From positions 10,488 to 74,487 of the forward strand of contig JAOUHD010000001.1 of the NCBI GenBank assembly GCA_029865345.1: DNA of 64,000 nt, read 5' to 3'. This DNA comes from Nitrospira sp. (lineage in GTDB: Bacteria > Nitrospirota > Nitrospiria > Nitrospirales > Nitrospiraceae). The position numbers were made by a program, and so were the translations under genes. Under the pieces are notes generated by a model that worked only from the letters and a program-made list of their open reading frames with translations, made no database searches and had not been told where the DNA came from. This document shows, one piece after another, positions 63,186-64,000 of this stretch. Each line of letters starts with the position of its first letter. The first letter of the stretch is position 1.

Positions 63186-64000
63186 ATGACTGCAATCTTC
63201 ACGGTTCCCGTTTCCCTATCTGAAAGAAGTTACGAGATTGTGATTCAGGCCGGACTGTTGGAGAGGCTTGGTAAGAGATTGAAGGAGCACGGTGTAGGAG
63301 GGAAAGTTGGCATTGTGACGGATCGGCACGTCGCCCGGCACTACCTCAAGAGTAGTCTGGAGGCGATCAAGCGGTGCGGGATTGAACCCATTCCGATCAT
63401 TCTGACTCCCGGAGAGCGGTCAAAAACGCTGAAGACGGTGGAGCAGATCCTCGACGTGTTGGCGCGTCATCGGTTTGAGCGGTCGTCGATGGTCGTGGCA
63501 CTCGGCGGAGGTGTCGTGGGTGATATGGCCGGGTTTGCCGCTTCGATCTACCAACGTGGTATTCCCTATATTCAGGTGCCGACGACGCTTGTGGCACAGG
63601 TCGATTCCAGCGTCGGAGGAAAGACGGGTGTCGACCATCGGCTCGGGAAGAACCTGATTGGATCGTTTTATCAACCACGCGCCGTCTGGATCGATCCATT
63701 GACGCTGCATACGTTGCCCGCTCGGGAAGTCGTCGCCGGACTGGCCGAGGTCATTAAATACGGAATCATTGCGGACGAGTCCTTTTTCGCCTATCTACAG
63801 CGGCACATGCCTGCGTTACGGAGGCAAGCGCTCGGTATCGTCGCGACCGTGGTGAGGCGATCCTGTGAGATCAAGGCCGAGGTGGTGGCCGCAGATGAGC
63901 GAGAATCAGATCGCAGGAGAATCCTCAACTATGGGCATACCATCGGACATGCGCTTGAATCGTTGGGGGGGTATCAGTCGCTTGTCCATGGAGAAGCGGT
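63186..64000 (+). CDS. aroB: 3-dehydroquinate synthase (partial, runs off window edge)
   Basis: Not in ORF track; hand translation MTAIFTVPVSLSERSYEIVI...GERSKT...ALGGGVVGDMAGFAA...QVPTTLVAQVDSSVGGKTG...GKNLIGSFYQP...GLAEVIKYG...LNYGHTIGHALE. Confidence 0.97.
   Translation, partial: MTAIFTVPVSLSERSYEIVIQAGLLERLGKRLKEHGVGGKVGIVTDRHVARHYLKSSLEAIKRCGIEPIPIILTPGERSKTLKTVEQILDVLARHRFERSSMVVALGGGVVGDMAGFAASIYQRGIPYIQVPTTLVAQVDSSVGGKTGVDHRLGKNLIGSFYQPRAVWIDPLTLHTLPAREVVAGLAEVIKYGIIADESFFAYLQRHMPALRRQALGIVATVVRRSCEIKAEVVAADERESDRRRILNYGHTIGHALESLGGYQSLVHGEA

Overview
Bacterial chromosomal window whose gene order and protein sequences best fit a Nitrospira-like (Nitrospirota) organism; this taxonomic call is inference. 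1-18.5 kb is accessory or housekeeping: two tandem cadherin-like beta-sandwich lipoprotein genes (one with an exact internal 303-bp duplication), a GldA/GldF/GldG-like ABC system plus a DUF4340 protein, rlpA, a small basic protein, two HEAT-repeat proteins, glgP, hypotheticals, a DUF4112 protein, a UvrD/PcrA helicase and a secreted HEXXH protein. 18.5-52.7 kb is the translation/transcription supercluster: tRNA-Tyr/Gly/Thr, tuf, rpmG, tRNA-Trp, secE, nusG, rplK, rplA, rplJ-rplL, rpoBC, rpsL, rpsG, fusA, a second tuf, the S10/spc/alpha operons, secY, adk, map and infA. 52.8-64 kb holds lptCAB-rpoN-hpf-rapZ, a small MerR-type HTH gene heading pilMNOPQ, and a truncated aroB. The most striking observation is that rplJ (uL10) and rplL (bL12) form one 311-codon reading frame with no stop between them, while an intact internal SD+ATG for bL12 is kept. 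No CRISPR array, rRNA, transposase or integrase was seen.
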